Positions 1-10,808 of a stretch of DNA of 64,000 bases are shown in pieces; the first letter of the stretch is position 1; the number at the start of each line of letters is the position of its first letter. Made by a program: the position numbers and the translations under genes. This stretch comes from Candidatus Woesebacteria bacterium (GTDB taxonomy: Bacteria; Patescibacteriota; Microgenomatia; UBA8517). Location: contig CP058602.1 of the NCBI GenBank assembly GCA_013426185.1, forward strand, positions 206,873-270,872, given 5' to 3'. The notes under the pieces were generated by a model. That model had not been told where the DNA came from. It did not search any database and was given only the letters and a program-made list of their open reading frames with translations.

Positions 1-900
1 CCATTTACCAAGTTCTATCTCAAGATTACATTTTTCAGCCACTTTTACTGTATTTTGGATGGCATCGGGCAGATCGGCAAAAAGACTTACCATTTCCTCG
101 GGAGTCTTCAAGTAAAAGTCCGGGGTGTCAACATATCTTAATCTCTTTTTATCATCCACAGTTTTACCGGTTGAAATACAAACCAGAGCGTCTTGAGCAA
201 CAGCATCTTCCTTCTTAATATAATGGACATCATTCGTGGCAATAAGTGGTATACCCAAATCACGGCTTAATTTGACCAAACCATCATTTACTTTTTCTTC
301 ATCTTTTGCTGATTTTTCTATATTGGCTTTAATTTCATTATCATCCTGCGTAAAAGATAAATAATCACGAAAGTTATGTCTTTGAATTTCAAGGTAGTAA
401 TCTTCTCCAAAAAGATCAAGATACCAACTTGCAACTTCACGAGCCTTGTTGTAATTATCTTCTTTTAACCAATACGAGACCTCTCCCTGCATACACCCTG
501 AGGAAACTATTAGCCCATCTTTGTATTTAGCTAAAATTTCCTTATCAATTCTCGGTTTATAATAAAACCCTTCAAGATGGGCAATTGATGAAAGCTCCAT
601 TAGATTCTCATAGCCCTGCTTGTTTTTAGATAAAAGTAGAAGATGATGTGTTTGCCCCTTTGAACCCTCTTCCTTCTTTAGACTCTCAGTAATATAAGCT
701 TCCATACCAATTATCGGTTTTATTTCTTGTTCTTTTGCTTTTTTATAAAATTCTATAGCTCCATAAAGAACGCCATGATCAGTTATGGCTACAGCATCCC
801 CTCCCTGATTTTTGACCGCACTAACAAGATCTTTTATACGACTCAAGCCGTCAAGAAGCGAGTATTCAGTGTGGACATGAAGGTGAACAAATCTTGTCAT
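1..900 (-). CDS. dnaE: DNA polymerase III alpha subunit, N-terminal part (runs off window)
   Basis: Manual translation from ATG at 900: MTRFVHLHVHTEYSLLDG...AITDHG...GFYYKPRID...ATNDVHY, PHP-domain motifs of DnaE. Absent from the ORF track because it is truncated. Confidence 0.95.
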   Translation of the reverse strand, partial: MTRFVHLHVHTEYSLLDGLSRIKDLVSAVKNQGGDAVAITDHGVLYGAIEFYKKAKEQEIKPIIGMEAYITESLKKEEGSKGQTHHLLLLSKNKQGYENLMELSSIAHLEGFYYKPRIDKEILAKYKDGLIVSSGCMQGEVSYWLKEDNYNKAREVASWYLDLFGEDYYLEIQRHNFRDYLSFTQDDNEIKANIEKSAKDEEKVNDGLVKLSRDLGIPLIATNDVHYIKKEDAVAQDALVCISTGKTVDDKKRLRYVDTPDFYLKTPEEMVSLFADLPDAIQNTVKVAEKCNLEIELGKW

Positions 901-929
901 GTTTTTTATTATCCCAACAAAATAGCTGT

Positions 930-1604
930 TTATGATAGATCTTTATCTACATTAACAAAAAGACTACTTCCAACTGCTCTTCCGGTTTCATCAACTCCCC
1001 CTTTCCTTTTAATATCCTCCATCTTATCAATTACAAACTTGATTTTCTCTTTTATTTTCTCTTCGTCTAAACCCTCTACTAAAGAAAAACCCACATGCAA
1101 ATTTACCCCTTCTTGCCTTTTTTGAATAATCCTCTCAATCACAGAGGAGGGGTCAGGATTGTCATCCATATCCAAAAGTATAAAAAGCACAAATTCATCT
1201 CCCGACCATCTGCAGGCTAAATCATAATCCCTCATATTCTCTCTTAAAAGAACCCCAAGCGAAGCTAAAACCTGATCAGCCCCTTCATGGCCAAGTTCCT
1301 CGTTCATTCTCTTTAGCCCTATCACATCAATCCCCACTACCAAAGCTTGATAGTTTCTATCCTGCCTTTTTGCAAAAGAAACAATTCTATCCACTTCTTC
1401 AAAAAAGGCCTTTGGTCTATAAAGACCGGTTAAAGAATCAACCCTAGACTCCCTTAACAACTTTTCCAAAACCTCAAGCAGCATTGTTCCTTGCTCGGTC
1501 TCCAAGACAGGAATTCCTTGAATTTCAGCACTTCCTACAGTCTTGTTAGCAATTTTAGCAGCCTCGTGTTGTAAGTCTAAATCCCGATTGTTATTCCCTT
1601 CCAT
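930..1604 (-). CDS. Stand-alone GGDEF-domain protein (putative diguanylate cyclase)
   Basis: DSLTGL, DVIGLKRMNEELGHEGADQVL and RWSGDEF motifs. Confidence 0.85.
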   Translation of the reverse strand: MEGNNNRDLDLQHEAAKIANKTVGSAEIQGIPVLETEQGTMLLEVLEKLLRESRVDSLTGLYRPKAFFEEVDRIVSFAKRQDRNYQALVVGIDVIGLKRMNEELGHEGADQVLASLGVLLRENMRDYDLACRWSGDEFVLFILLDMDDNPDPSSVIERIIQKRQEGVNLHVGFSLVEGLDEEKIKEKIKFVIDKMEDIKRKGGVDETGRAVGSSLFVNVDKDLS

Positions 1605-1610
1605 AATTTC

Positions 1611-2939
1611 TTATAGATTATCCTTTAATAAACTTTCAATAGTCTTTATCTCCCCTCTTCCTTTCAATTTCTTCTGCACCATTCCAATCAAATAGCCAAG
1701 TACTCGGCCATTGCCAGCTTGGAAATCAGCTACTGCTTTCCTTTCCTCCATTATAACCTCAAGAACAGCATTTTTTGTTTCCTCATAAGAAGCAAAATCT
1801 CTTTTCATCAATTCTACTGCTTTCTTTACAAGACCAGCCGGTTCAGGAAAAGCATCCTGCATCTTTTTATTGATAATCAAATCAGCCAGAAACCTAGGCG
1901 AGATACCATGTTCTTTACCAAGCCTTACAGCTTCTTCAAAATAAGAAGCTTTTTCCAAGTCAGAAACAAGAATTTCAGCGTAATTGACGGGGATACCAAA
2001 ATCCGACACAAGCCGTTCTTTCTTTTGGCGCGGCAGTTCAGGAACTTGCCTCCTTATCCTTTCTATCTCCTCTACCTCAAACCTAAGAGGAGGAATATCA
2101 GGCTCCGGAAAATATCTATAGTCTTGAGCTTCTTCCTTAGTTCTCTGAGAAAAAGTTAAATTTGTTTCTTCGTTATAACCCCTTGTCTCCTGAATAGGTT
2201 TTATACCACTTACCAAAAGTTCAGTCTGTCTCTTAATCTCAGCTGCTATTGCTTTTTCCAGAAAACGAAAGGAGTTAATATTCTTAAGTTCTACCTTGTA
2301 ATCAGGCAAAAATTCTTTAGAGTCGCTTTTTCTCTTAACCGAGATATTTGCCTCAAGTCTCATTGACCCTTTTTCCATATCAGCGGTTGAAATTCCTAAA
2401 TACCTCACAACTAGCTGAACATTTCTCAAAAATTCACTAACCTCGTCAGGTTTATCAAAATCAGGTTCTGTCACCATTTCCATCAAGGCAACACCGCTTC
2501 TGTTGTAATCAATAAGACTTACACTTTCTCCATTCACTTTTTGATGCACCAATTTTGCTGTATCTTCTTCCAGATGTACCCTCCTTATTCTAATTTCCTT
2601 TCCATTCTCCAGAATCCACTTTCCAGAATAACAAAGCGGCAAATCATACTGACTAATCTGATACCCCTTGGGTAAATCCGGATAAAAATAATGCTTGCGG
2701 TCAAATTTACTCAACAAATTAATTTGACAACCAAAAGCAAGACCAAATTTTATGGTATCAAAAATAGCCTCTTTATTAGCGTAAGGCAAAGCTCCCGGCA
2801 AGCCCAGACAAACAGGACACACCTGGGTATTTGGCTTTTTAGCAAAGTGATCTGCTGGACAACGGCAAAACATCTTGCTTTTTGTTGCAAGCTCGACATG
2901 AACCTCAAGGCCAATTACTGGAATAAAATTATCCTCCAA
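1611..2939 (-). CDS. gatB: Asp/Glu-tRNA amidotransferase subunit B
   Basis: [37 protein letters not shown]. Confidence 0.98.
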   Translation of the reverse strand: MEDNFIPVIGLEVHVELATKSKMFCRCPADHFAKKPNTQVCPVCLGLPGALPYANKEAIFDTIKFGLAFGCQINLLSKFDRKHYFYPDLPKGYQISQYDLPLCYSGKWILENGKEIRIRRVHLEEDTAKLVHQKVNGESVSLIDYNRSGVALMEMVTEPDFDKPDEVSEFLRNVQLVVRYLGISTADMEKGSMRLEANISVKRKSDSKEFLPDYKVELKNINSFRFLEKAIAAEIKRQTELLVSGIKPIQETRGYNEETNLTFSQRTKEEAQDYRYFPEPDIPPLRFEVEEIERIRRQVPELPRQKKERLVSDFGIPVNYAEILVSDLEKASYFEEAVRLGKEHGISPRFLADLIINKKMQDAFPEPAGLVKKAVELMKRDFASYEETKNAVLEVIMEERKAVADFQAGNGRVLGYLIGMVQKKLKGRGEIKTIESLLKDNL

Positions 2940-4173
2940 TTAAATCATCTCCTTTCTCTTTTAAGAATACACCAGCTGCAAAACTTGACGCAGCAATTAT
3001 TAAGAGCAAAAACCTTACTCCCAGAAACTCAGTAAAAGCGCCGGAAAAAATTACAGGGAATATGCTGGCTGCTGTTACCAAAAACCAGAAATTACCAAAG
3101 ATGCGCCCTCGCAAACCCCCCGGCACAACTTCCTGCAAAAAGGTTTGCGCTGAGACTATTATCCCACTGAAAGATAAACCTAAAACCACAAGTAAAAGAG
3201 AGGAAACAACAACTTTCCAAAACCCGGCTACCCAAACAAATAAAAAAGAAAAAAGAAGAAAAGAAAGTCCCATCAAGACAAAAGATATCTCAACCACTTT
3301 CTTCTTTCTGACCTTTTTCTTCTTGAATAAAGAAGGAATCAAAAAAGCTCCAAGTGCAGCTCCAACTCCGGCAGGAACTATTATCATAACACCAGCCTTA
3401 TCGTAATGAACTGACAAAATCTCGCTTGCCACCAAGGGAATATTAACCACAATAATAGCAAGTCCTATTTGCATCACCAAAAGCAATAAAAATGGGAAAA
3501 GAACCTTATTATTAGCCTTGATGAAATCGTATCCTTCCTTAATCCTTACAAAGAAGTCAAAAATCAATTTATCAAAACTCCCGCCCTTCATCTTACCCAC
3601 TCTCATTTTGGGTAAGTAAGAAACACTCACAAAAGCAATAAAGAGGAACAAAGAGCATAAAATCAAAGAATTTCTAAAACCAAAGAATTGATTCAAGACA
3701 CCAGCAAATCCAAAACCAACAATTAATGAAAACTGCTGAGTCAAAAAGAAAAGCCCGTTGGCAAAAGGCAAACCACTTTTATTAACCAAAGACGGCAAAG
3801 ATGCAGCTTCGGAAGGAACGTAAAACTGATTCAAAAATGAATAAGCCAAAGCCACACCATAGAGCAAAAAAACTCTAAAATTAAATGTAAATGCATAAAC
3901 CAAAATAACTAAAAATTGTAAGAAATTAGTAATCATCAAAAGCCTTTTCCTATCTGCCATATCAACATAAGCTGAGGCAAAAGGACCAATCAAAATAGCA
4001 GGCAAAGAGTAAGCTACCCAAAGAAAAGAAGTAGCTATACTTGAATTGGTAAGAGAAAAAAGGCGAGTCAAAAGCAAAAAATTCATCACATTGATAGCCA
4101 GTTGAGACAAAATTTGCGAAGTCCACAAATAAACAAAATTCCTGTTACTAACTAAAAACTTATACTCTTTCAT
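2929..4173 (-). CDS. MFS transporter
   Basis: About 12 hydrophobic segments; DMADRKRLL resembles MFS motif A; RGRIFG in the C-terminal half. Confidence 0.85.
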   Translation of the reverse strand: MKEYKFLVSNRNFVYLWTSQILSQLAINVMNFLLLTRLFSLTNSSIATSFLWVAYSLPAILIGPFASAYVDMADRKRLLMITNFLQFLVILVYAFTFNFRVFLLYGVALAYSFLNQFYVPSEAASLPSLVNKSGLPFANGLFFLTQQFSLIVGFGFAGVLNQFFGFRNSLILCSLFLFIAFVSVSYLPKMRVGKMKGGSFDKLIFDFFVRIKEGYDFIKANNKVLFPFLLLLVMQIGLAIIVVNIPLVASEILSVHYDKAGVMIIVPAGVGAALGAFLIPSLFKKKKVRKKKVVEISFVLMGLSFLLFSFLFVWVAGFWKVVVSSLLLVVLGLSFSGIIVSAQTFLQEVVPGGLRGRIFGNFWFLVTAASIFPVIFSGAFTEFLGVRFLLLIIAASSFAAGVFLKEKGDDLIGG

Positions 4174-5582
4174 ATTATTTTCGCAACCTGCGGTTTGTAA
4201 TCTATAAATCGGTGATATTCAAGAGCACTAGCAAACAAAAGTTCTTCTGAAAATTTTGGCCCCATTATCTGAAAACCGAAAGGAAGATTGTCTTTATTAA
4301 AACCAGAAGGCACAGCTAGAGAAGGAATGCCACATAAATTAGCAGTCGCAGCATAAATATCGGTTAAGTACATTTTTAGAGGATCGTTGACTTTTTCCCC
4401 AAGTTTGAAAGGCAAACTAGGAGCAACAGGAGCAAGAATTAGATCTACATCTTCAAAAGCTCTATCCACCTCTTCTATTATCACAGATCTAACTTTCATG
4501 GCTTTAAGATAATAAGCATCATAATATCCAGCCGAAAGAACATAAGAACCAAGCATTATTCTTCTTTTTGCCTCATCACCAAAGAAGCTTCTATCCTTGC
4601 CATAGCGAACACCATCATAACGCGAAAGATTTGACGAAACTTCGGCTGGCTGAATTATATAATAAACGGAAATTCCATACTTAGTATGAGGTAAAGAAAT
4701 CTCCATGATTTTGTTACCCATTTTTTCAAAAGTCTTCGCAGCCTCAAGAACACCATCTCTCACATCATCTTCAAGTCCTTCTCCCAAAAATTCTTTTGGC
4801 AAGCCTATTTTAAGACCTTTGCTTTTAGGTTGATAAGGCTTATGAAGAGAACTTAGAGTTGAATCATGGCCATCTATTCCCCGAGTAACCTCAAAGACTT
4901 TCCTAACATCACTAACAACACGCCCAAAATGGCCAATACTGTCAAGAGACGAGGCCATAGCAATAATTCCAAACCTTGAAACCGAACCATAAGTCGGTTT
5001 TAAACCTAAAACTCCACAATAATTTGCAGGCAACCTAATAGAACCGCAAGTATCAGTCCCTGTTGAAATTAAGGAAAAATCGGCCGCTAAGCTTGCTGCT
5101 GATCCGCTTGAAGATCCACCGGGGACCAATTTTTTGTTCCATGGGTTTTTAGTTGGCCCAAAATCTGAATTTTCCCCAGATGAACCATGAGCCCAAGCGT
5201 CTTGGTTAGCCTTGCCAAGAGTAATACATCCTGCTTTCTCAAGCCTTTCAACCACAGTTGCCGAGTAGGCAGGAACATAATCTTCAAGCACATGAGAAGC
5301 TGCAGTAGTTCTTATTCCCTTTGTTAAAAACATATCTTTATGAATCACCGTCACCCCAAGCAAAGGAAACTCTTCAAAAGCTTTATCTCCCAGTTCTTTA
5401 ATTAACTTGTCAGCTTTTCTGGCCTGACTGTAAGCCAACTCGCTTGAAACAGTAAGAACGGCATTTATTTCAGGATTAAATTTATCAATTCTCTCAAGGT
5501 AATAATCAACAAGATCAACACAACTTAGATCTTTTTTCTTCAAAGCCTCTTGAGTTTCTTGAATTGTCAAAGGTACTTTCAT
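4170..5582 (-). CDS. gatA: Asp/Glu-tRNA amidotransferase subunit A
   Basis: Amidase signature PGGSSSGSAA, GTDTCGSIRLPA, SSNLSRYDG. Confidence 0.98.
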   Translation of the reverse strand: MKVPLTIQETQEALKKKDLSCVDLVDYYLERIDKFNPEINAVLTVSSELAYSQARKADKLIKELGDKAFEEFPLLGVTVIHKDMFLTKGIRTTAASHVLEDYVPAYSATVVERLEKAGCITLGKANQDAWAHGSSGENSDFGPTKNPWNKKLVPGGSSSGSAASLAADFSLISTGTDTCGSIRLPANYCGVLGLKPTYGSVSRFGIIAMASSLDSIGHFGRVVSDVRKVFEVTRGIDGHDSTLSSLHKPYQPKSKGLKIGLPKEFLGEGLEDDVRDGVLEAAKTFEKMGNKIMEISLPHTKYGISVYYIIQPAEVSSNLSRYDGVRYGKDRSFFGDEAKRRIMLGSYVLSAGYYDAYYLKAMKVRSVIIEEVDRAFEDVDLILAPVAPSLPFKLGEKVNDPLKMYLTDIYAATANLCGIPSLAVPSGFNKDNLPFGFQIMGPKFSEELLFASALEYHRFIDYKPQVAKII

Positions 5583-5585
5583 AAC

Positions 5586-5891
5586 TTATTTTTCTCCCCT
5601 TTCCGAAAGAAGTGCTTTTACTTTAAAATAACCGGCATATTGATTATCAGTAGAAAAGAAAACCTCTTCTTCTCTAAGACCTGGTGAAACTTCGTCATTA
5701 CGCCAGATGTTGTTAAGACCTGTTGTTTGACTAGTTGGCTCAACTTTGCTGGTATCAACCTCAGAAAGCTGATTCACAAAATCAACAACCGAAGAGAGTT
5801 GTTTTTTGAATTTTTTTACCTCAGACAAAGAGAGATCAAGACGAGAAAGTTTGGCAATATGTTTTATATCATTGTCCGTAAGTGATGCCAT
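5586..5891 (-). CDS. gatC: Asp/Glu-tRNA amidotransferase subunit C
   Basis: HIAKLSRL...VDTSKVEPT...YFKV; immediately upstream of gatA. Confidence 0.95.
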   Translation of the reverse strand: MASLTDNDIKHIAKLSRLDLSLSEVKKFKKQLSSVVDFVNQLSEVDTSKVEPTSQTTGLNNIWRNDEVSPGLREEEVFFSTDNQYAGYFKVKALLSERGEK

Positions 5892-5931
5892 CACAAGAAT
5901 AATATAACCTAAAGAAAGCTAAGGCAAGAAG

Positions 5932-6855
5932 TTAAATCATCTTTTCCAGGGCTTTAATTCTCTCCTCAATCGGCGGATGGGTATTAAAAAGCCCAGAGAA
6001 CCAATCTACTGCACCACGAGCTTTTTCTTTGAAAGGATTGACAATAAAAAGGTGGGCAGTTGCTTTGTTGGCAACTTCCAAAGGTTCGCTATCTTTTGAA
6101 ATTTTATAAAGAGCAGAAATTAAACCCGAAGGTTGCCTTGTAATAGCAACAGCTGAAGCATCAGCTAAAAACTCACGCCTTCTTGAAATAGCTAGCCTGA
6201 TAAGCTGAGCAATCAAAGGAGAAATAATAGCAAACAAGATACCAAGTATCACGAATAAAGCGCCAGCGCTATTTCTCTCATCCCTATTACCTCGGTAAAA
6301 AGCTCCTCTCAAAAACATATCAGCCAAAAGGGAAACCGAGCCTACAAGCACCGAAACAACAGACATCAAAAGAATGTCGTAGTTTTTAATATGAGAAAGC
6401 TCATGGGCAACAACTCCTTCAAGTTCGGTTCTATCAAGTTTTTCCAAAAGGCCACGAGTAGCACAAACTACGGCTTTTTCAGGACTCCTGCCTGTCGCAA
6501 AAGCGTTAGTAGCACTATCCTCAATAACATAAAGAGCGGGTTTTGGCAAACCAGCCGCTAAACTCAAATTTTCAGCAACGGTATAAAAAAGAAAATCCCT
6601 TTTTCTATCTGCCGGACGGGCCCCAGAAATAGTTAAGATAATACGATCAGAAAAATAATAACCCAAAAAGGTGGTTAGACCAGAAATAATAAGAGCAATA
6701 CCAGAAACCCCAAGCCACGAAACCTCATATCCTAAGTAGTAAACCATAGCTGAAGCAATAAAATAAGTTGCGAAAGCCACAAAAACAACAAAAAAAGAAA
6801 CAACCAAGAAACTCTTTCTCTTGTTATTTGATGTCACCTCGTAGATATTCTCCAT
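5932..6855 (-). CDS. htpX: M48-family zinc metalloprotease HtpX
   Basis: NAFATG, AHELSH, SRRREFLAD, THPP motifs; transmembrane helices. Confidence 0.95.
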   Translation of the reverse strand: MENIYEVTSNNKRKSFLVVSFFVVFVAFATYFIASAMVYYLGYEVSWLGVSGIALIISGLTTFLGYYFSDRIILTISGARPADRKRDFLFYTVAENLSLAAGLPKPALYVIEDSATNAFATGRSPEKAVVCATRGLLEKLDRTELEGVVAHELSHIKNYDILLMSVVSVLVGSVSLLADMFLRGAFYRGNRDERNSAGALFVILGILFAIISPLIAQLIRLAISRRREFLADASAVAITRQPSGLISALYKISKDSEPLEVANKATAHLFIVNPFKEKARGAVDWFSGLFNTHPPIEERIKALEKMI

Positions 6856-6917
6856 AACAACAAGATTATATCATTTTTAAGCAATTACTTTACTAAGAAA
6901 ATACGAGAAGGTCAAAG

Positions 6918-7499
6918 TTATAGTTTCACTCTTGGCGCCTTCAAATCTTCTGCCTTGACCTCAACGTGTTCCCCCTCTGTTGGTGTTATCAAACCAGGCT
7001 GTTCTTTAAACCCAAAGATAGCTGCCACCAAATTAGATGGAAAAGAAACGCGCTTGACATTATAGTCGGCTGTTAAATCAATAACCAACCTTCTTGCATA
7101 CATCACTTTATCTGATGTGTCACGCAACTCATCCATTAACTTGCTAACAACTTCAGAACCCTTAATTTCAGGATTTGATTCAACCAATACCTGAATTTTT
7201 GGAAGAACAGCAGCAAGCTTACTGCCTGCTTCTGCCATTTCACTAACATCTTGAGATTTAACTGCTGCTTCAACTGCTTTCCTCGCATCAGTTAAAGACT
7301 TGAAAATTTCCTTCTCGTGCGAAAGATAGGCTTTAGCTGAAGCCTCAAGATTGGGTATCAAATCAGCTTGTCTTTTCAATTGATTGCCAATTTCCTGGAT
7401 CGAAGCCTTAATTCTAGCTTTGGTTGATACGAAAAAATTATAAGTATTAACCACCCACAAGAGTAAGGCAACCAAGACTGCAATTAACAAGTAGACCAT
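6918..7499 (-). CDS. lemA: LemA family protein
   Basis: N-terminal TM, QLKRQADLIPNL, FPSNLVA; classic lemA-htpX pair; SD-like AAGGTGGTGA upstream. Confidence 0.93.
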   Translation of the reverse strand: MVYLLIAVLVALLLWVVNTYNFFVSTKARIKASIQEIGNQLKRQADLIPNLEASAKAYLSHEKEIFKSLTDARKAVEAAVKSQDVSEMAEAGSKLAAVLPKIQVLVESNPEIKGSEVVSKLMDELRDTSDKVMYARRLVIDLTADYNVKRVSFPSNLVAAIFGFKEQPGLITPTEGEHVEVKAEDLKAPRVKL

Positions 7500-7550
7500 T
7501 AATTATCACCACCTTTCTTGATTACATTCTAGAAGTAATACCACTTTTAA

Positions 7551-9377
7551 TCAAGAAGATAATTGCTTTTCAAATTCAGAAAGGCTAAGGCAGTTGATAA
7601 CATCAGCTTTAGTTGCCCAGCCACGTCTTGCAACCGATATTCCCCACTTCATATTGTCCAGGTTGTCCTTATGATGCGAATCAGTACCTAAAGTAAATTT
7701 AACACCAACACCCAAAGCCTCCTTAACCAAAAAATCAGGCAAATCAAGACGCATCGGATCGGCATTAATTTCCAACCACTTTTTATTTTTCACACAAAAT
7801 TCAAAAATTTTCATCCAATCAGCATCAACTCCTTCTCTCTCTCCTATCTTTCTTGCAGTAGGATGAGCTAGAATCTTAGCCTTGGGATGAGACAGTGCCA
7901 AGATTAATCTTTTAGTCACTTCTTCTTTTGATTGTCTAAAACTAGAATGAATAGAGACCAAAGCAAAATCAAGCAATTCCAAAGCCTCATCAGGAATAGA
8001 AAGTTTTCCATCAGGTAAGATATCTATTTCAAGGCTATTGAACACTTTTTTTACTCCAATATTTTTAGCTTTTTCCTCTGAACAATTAAATTGTTCTTTC
8101 TTGATTGTTGTTAATTTTTGATTTAATTCGGCGACCTTTTCTCTTTTTCTCTTCAAAATATCTAAAATTTGGAATTTAGAATGTCTGCTTTTTGAAGGGT
8201 TGTGCTCTGTAAAAGCAATATATTCATAATTCAAGCTTGATGCTTTCTTAACAATATCCTCCATTGACGACTCTCCCAGATCATGGCTTGTCTCAATATC
8301 AAAGTCTGAATGAATCTGTAAATCCGCCTTAACATCATCAAGAGTAATTAAATTAGGAAGCTTATGATTCTCAGCTGCTTCAATCTCACCTGTATCTTCA
8401 CGCAATTCCGGAGGAATAAAATCAAGTCCCAAAAAATTATAAAACGATTTTTCGTCTGCAAACTTCTTGAGAGTATTCTCACTTTTTATTTTTATTCCAT
8501 ACTCAGAAAGACTAAGCCCCTTCTTCAAGGCATATTCCCTCAAAGCTATATTGTGGTGTTTGGAACCTGTGAAATGCTGCAAAAGCGAACCGTAAGAATC
8601 AGGGTCAACTACCATCAAATCCACTTGAATATCAGAAGGCAGAAGAATTGAAGCTTTCTTTTCCCCCTTTTCTATAACCCGAACAATTTTAGGATAGGCA
8701 ACAAAATGCTCAATGACACGTGATTGATTTCTTGAAGCTACAGCTATATCTATGTCACCAATGGTTGAAACCTGCCTTCTCAAGCTTCCTAATGCGTCCA
8801 CACGAAGCGCGTATTTACTCTCCTTGATCCAGTTAATTACATTTTCTGCGATTTGGCTTGCATAAGGCAAGAGCATCCTTTTATCTCTGCCTTTAAACTC
8901 AGAAATTGCTTTAAGGATATCCTTTTGAGATTCTTCTCCAAAACCTTCAAGCAAAGCAATCTTTCCTTCCAAGGCCTTCTTTTCAAGATCAGAAATAGGA
9001 TCTTTTGACGAAGAAAGATCTAAATCCTGAACCAGTTTCAAGGCAGTTTTTGGTCCCACCCTTGGCAATTCCATAAGAACAAAAACAGCCTCAGGAATCC
9101 CCTTTGTGACTTCCTCAAAATGACGCGATCTCCCTGTCTTGAAAATTTCAGCCAAATGAGAAGCTATTGAAGAACCAACGCCAGGGATTTGATCTAATTT
9201 TCCTTCATCATAAAGGTCTTTTGCTTCGCTTGAAAGGTGTTCAATTGCACTAGCTGCACGATCATAAGCAATGATCTTAAATTTATTTTTATCAGGATCC
9301 TTTATTTGATAAGAAGCCGATATTGCTCTTAAGAGATTTGCAATTTGCAAATTATTCAAATTCTTATCAATTTTCAT
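7551..9377 (-). CDS. polX: DNA polymerase X / PHP 3'-5' exonuclease
   Basis: GSLRR, GDIDI catalytic DxD, LQHFTGSKHHN, C-terminal PHP (GTDSH). Start moved to ATG 9377, behind TGCTATAAT. Confidence 0.93.
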   Translation of the reverse strand: MKIDKNLNNLQIANLLRAISASYQIKDPDKNKFKIIAYDRAASAIEHLSSEAKDLYDEGKLDQIPGVGSSIASHLAEIFKTGRSRHFEEVTKGIPEAVFVLMELPRVGPKTALKLVQDLDLSSSKDPISDLEKKALEGKIALLEGFGEESQKDILKAISEFKGRDKRMLLPYASQIAENVINWIKESKYALRVDALGSLRRQVSTIGDIDIAVASRNQSRVIEHFVAYPKIVRVIEKGEKKASILLPSDIQVDLMVVDPDSYGSLLQHFTGSKHHNIALREYALKKGLSLSEYGIKIKSENTLKKFADEKSFYNFLGLDFIPPELREDTGEIEAAENHKLPNLITLDDVKADLQIHSDFDIETSHDLGESSMEDIVKKASSLNYEYIAFTEHNPSKSRHSKFQILDILKRKREKVAELNQKLTTIKKEQFNCSEEKAKNIGVKKVFNSLEIDILPDGKLSIPDEALELLDFALVSIHSSFRQSKEEVTKRLILALSHPKAKILAHPTARKIGEREGVDADWMKIFEFCVKNKKWLEINADPMRLDLPDFLVKEALGVGVKFTLGTDSHHKDNLDNMKWGISVARRGWATKADVINCLSLSEFEKQLSS

Positions 9378-9416
9378 TATTAATAAAATTATAGCAAAAC
9401 AATTTGCACTAAATAT

Positions 9417-9445
9417 AAAAGCCACAGCTTAAAGCTATGGCTTTT
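9417..9445 (-). terminator. Intrinsic (possibly bidirectional) terminator after the cupin gene
   Basis: aaaaGCCACAGCT-taa-AGCTATGGCtttt hairpin with A/T tracts on both sides. Confidence 0.65.
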
Positions 9446-9462
9446 AAAGACGTGGGGGGAAA

Positions 9463-9858
9463 CTATTCGCTAGTCCTCCCGTCAAATTCAGGCGCATCGG
9501 CTTCTGCTTCTTCTTTTGTAGCACGAACTACATCAAATCTGTGATGTGCCGGCGCATAAATTGTATAAAACTTAAGAGGCTCGTTCCCTGTATTAATCAC
9601 GTTGTGTCTAGCCCCAGCAGGAACTACTACAGCATCGCCATCTTTTACTTGATATTCATTTCCGTCAATTATCACCCTGCCTTCGCCTTCCTCAAAGCGG
9701 AAAAACTGATCATTTTCTTCGTGAATTTCTTCGCCTATTTCCTCTGATGGCTTTAAAGACATCAAAACCAGCTGGAGATGCTTGCCTGTATAAAGAACGC
9801 GACGATAATCGCTATTAGTCTCGGTAGCATTTTCTATATCGGTATGATAACCCTTCAT
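9463..9858 (-). CDS. Cupin domain protein
   Basis: IGEEIH...DQFFRFEEGEG...VVVPAGARHNV; SD AAAGGGGGTGA before ATG 9858. Confidence 0.9.
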   Translation of the reverse strand: MKGYHTDIENATETNSDYRRVLYTGKHLQLVLMSLKPSEEIGEEIHEENDQFFRFEEGEGRVIIDGNEYQVKDGDAVVVPAGARHNVINTGNEPLKFYTIYAPAHHRFDVVRATKEEAEADAPEFDGRTSE

Positions 9859-9982
9859 ATTCTCACCCCCTTTCAAATTAAATATAACACAAGACAACTT
9901 AAGCGCAATAGCAAGCGATCACAATCTCTCGTAGAATAATTTATCCGTATACACGAATGCAAGTTGGATAAAAAATTGCGGG

Positions 9983-10056
9983 CGGGGCTGACGGGACTCG
10001 AACCCGCGACCTTCCGCGTGACAGGCGGACGCTCTGACCAACTGAGCTACAACCCC
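9983..10056 (-). tRNA. tRNA-Asp(GTC)
   Basis: Reverse complement GGGGTTGTAGCTCAGTTGG...CCGCCT GTC ACGCGG...GTTCGAGTCCCGTCAGCCCCG; CCA not encoded. Confidence 0.95.
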
Positions 10057-10132
10057 AACAAGCTTATTTTATCATAAAAGATAAAAACAAAAAATACATT
10101 AAGGACAAGATCTCCCAAAAAATCATTGCTCT

Positions 10133-10176
10133 TGACAGAAACGAGTTTTTAATCTAAATTCAACCTTAGATTAAAA
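10133..10176 (+). promoter_or_regulatory. Sigma70-type promoter with an overlapping inverted repeat, upstream of the LysM gene
   Basis: TTGACA-17 bp-TAAATT; TTTTAATCTAA-N8-TTAGATTAAAA inverted repeat at 10147-10176. Confidence 0.55.
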
Positions 10177-10219
10177 CCTGCTTTTCTCCTGCCCCAGAAA
10201 GATAAGGGGGTGAAAAAAA

Positions 10220-10765
10220 TTGGACCTCAAAAAAACACTTAAAACATTAAAACTTAATGAATCAACCATCAGTACTATTCTTGGTGTTATTGTTATTATC
10301 TTTGCCGGCGTTTTAGTTTTCAATTACCTTAAAAAAGGTAAGCAAGGTTCAACAGTTCCTGCAACAAATACCCAGATTGAAGAAAAAGAGGAAAATCAAA
10401 ATAACAAGAAAACATACACTGTTAAAAAAGGACAATCATTATGGATGATTGCAGAGGAAGTTTATGGATCAGGTTATAACTGGGTGGATATTGCCAAGGA
10501 GAATAATATTAAAAACCCAAATCTCATCAAAGAGGGGCAAGAATTAAAAATCCCTGCAGTCGAGGCTAAGATAGCCAAAACAACAGACGAGGCAAAAGAA
10601 AAGATCACAGGCGGCACTTATACAGTAGTTAAAGGCGATAATCTTTGGGAAATAGCAGTCAGAGCTTATGGAGATGGTTATAAATGGGTTGAGATTGCAA
10701 AGGAAAACAAGCTTGCCAATCCAAACTTAATTCATGCCGGAAATGTTTTAAGACTGCCGCGCTAG
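10220..10765 (+). CDS. Membrane-anchored protein with two LysM domains
   Basis: N-terminal TM; two YTVxKGxxLWxIA...YG.G..W..IA..N...NPNLI repeats; SD AAGGGGGTGA. Confidence 0.92.
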   Translation: MDLKKTLKTLKLNESTISTILGVIVIIFAGVLVFNYLKKGKQGSTVPATNTQIEEKEENQNNKKTYTVKKGQSLWMIAEEVYGSGYNWVDIAKENNIKNPNLIKEGQELKIPAVEAKIAKTTDEAKEKITGGTYTVVKGDNLWEIAVRAYGDGYKWVEIAKENKLANPNLIHAGNVLRLPR

Positions 10766-10808
10766 TATTGCCAAAGCACCAGATTTTTCTTATAATGAAA
10801 GTGTTTTT

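Noticed and set aside
9417-9445. Third copy of the IS200/IS605-like end (starts AAAGCCAC)
   Set aside because: The stem differs, and flanking A/T tracts just after the cupin stop fit an intrinsic terminator better
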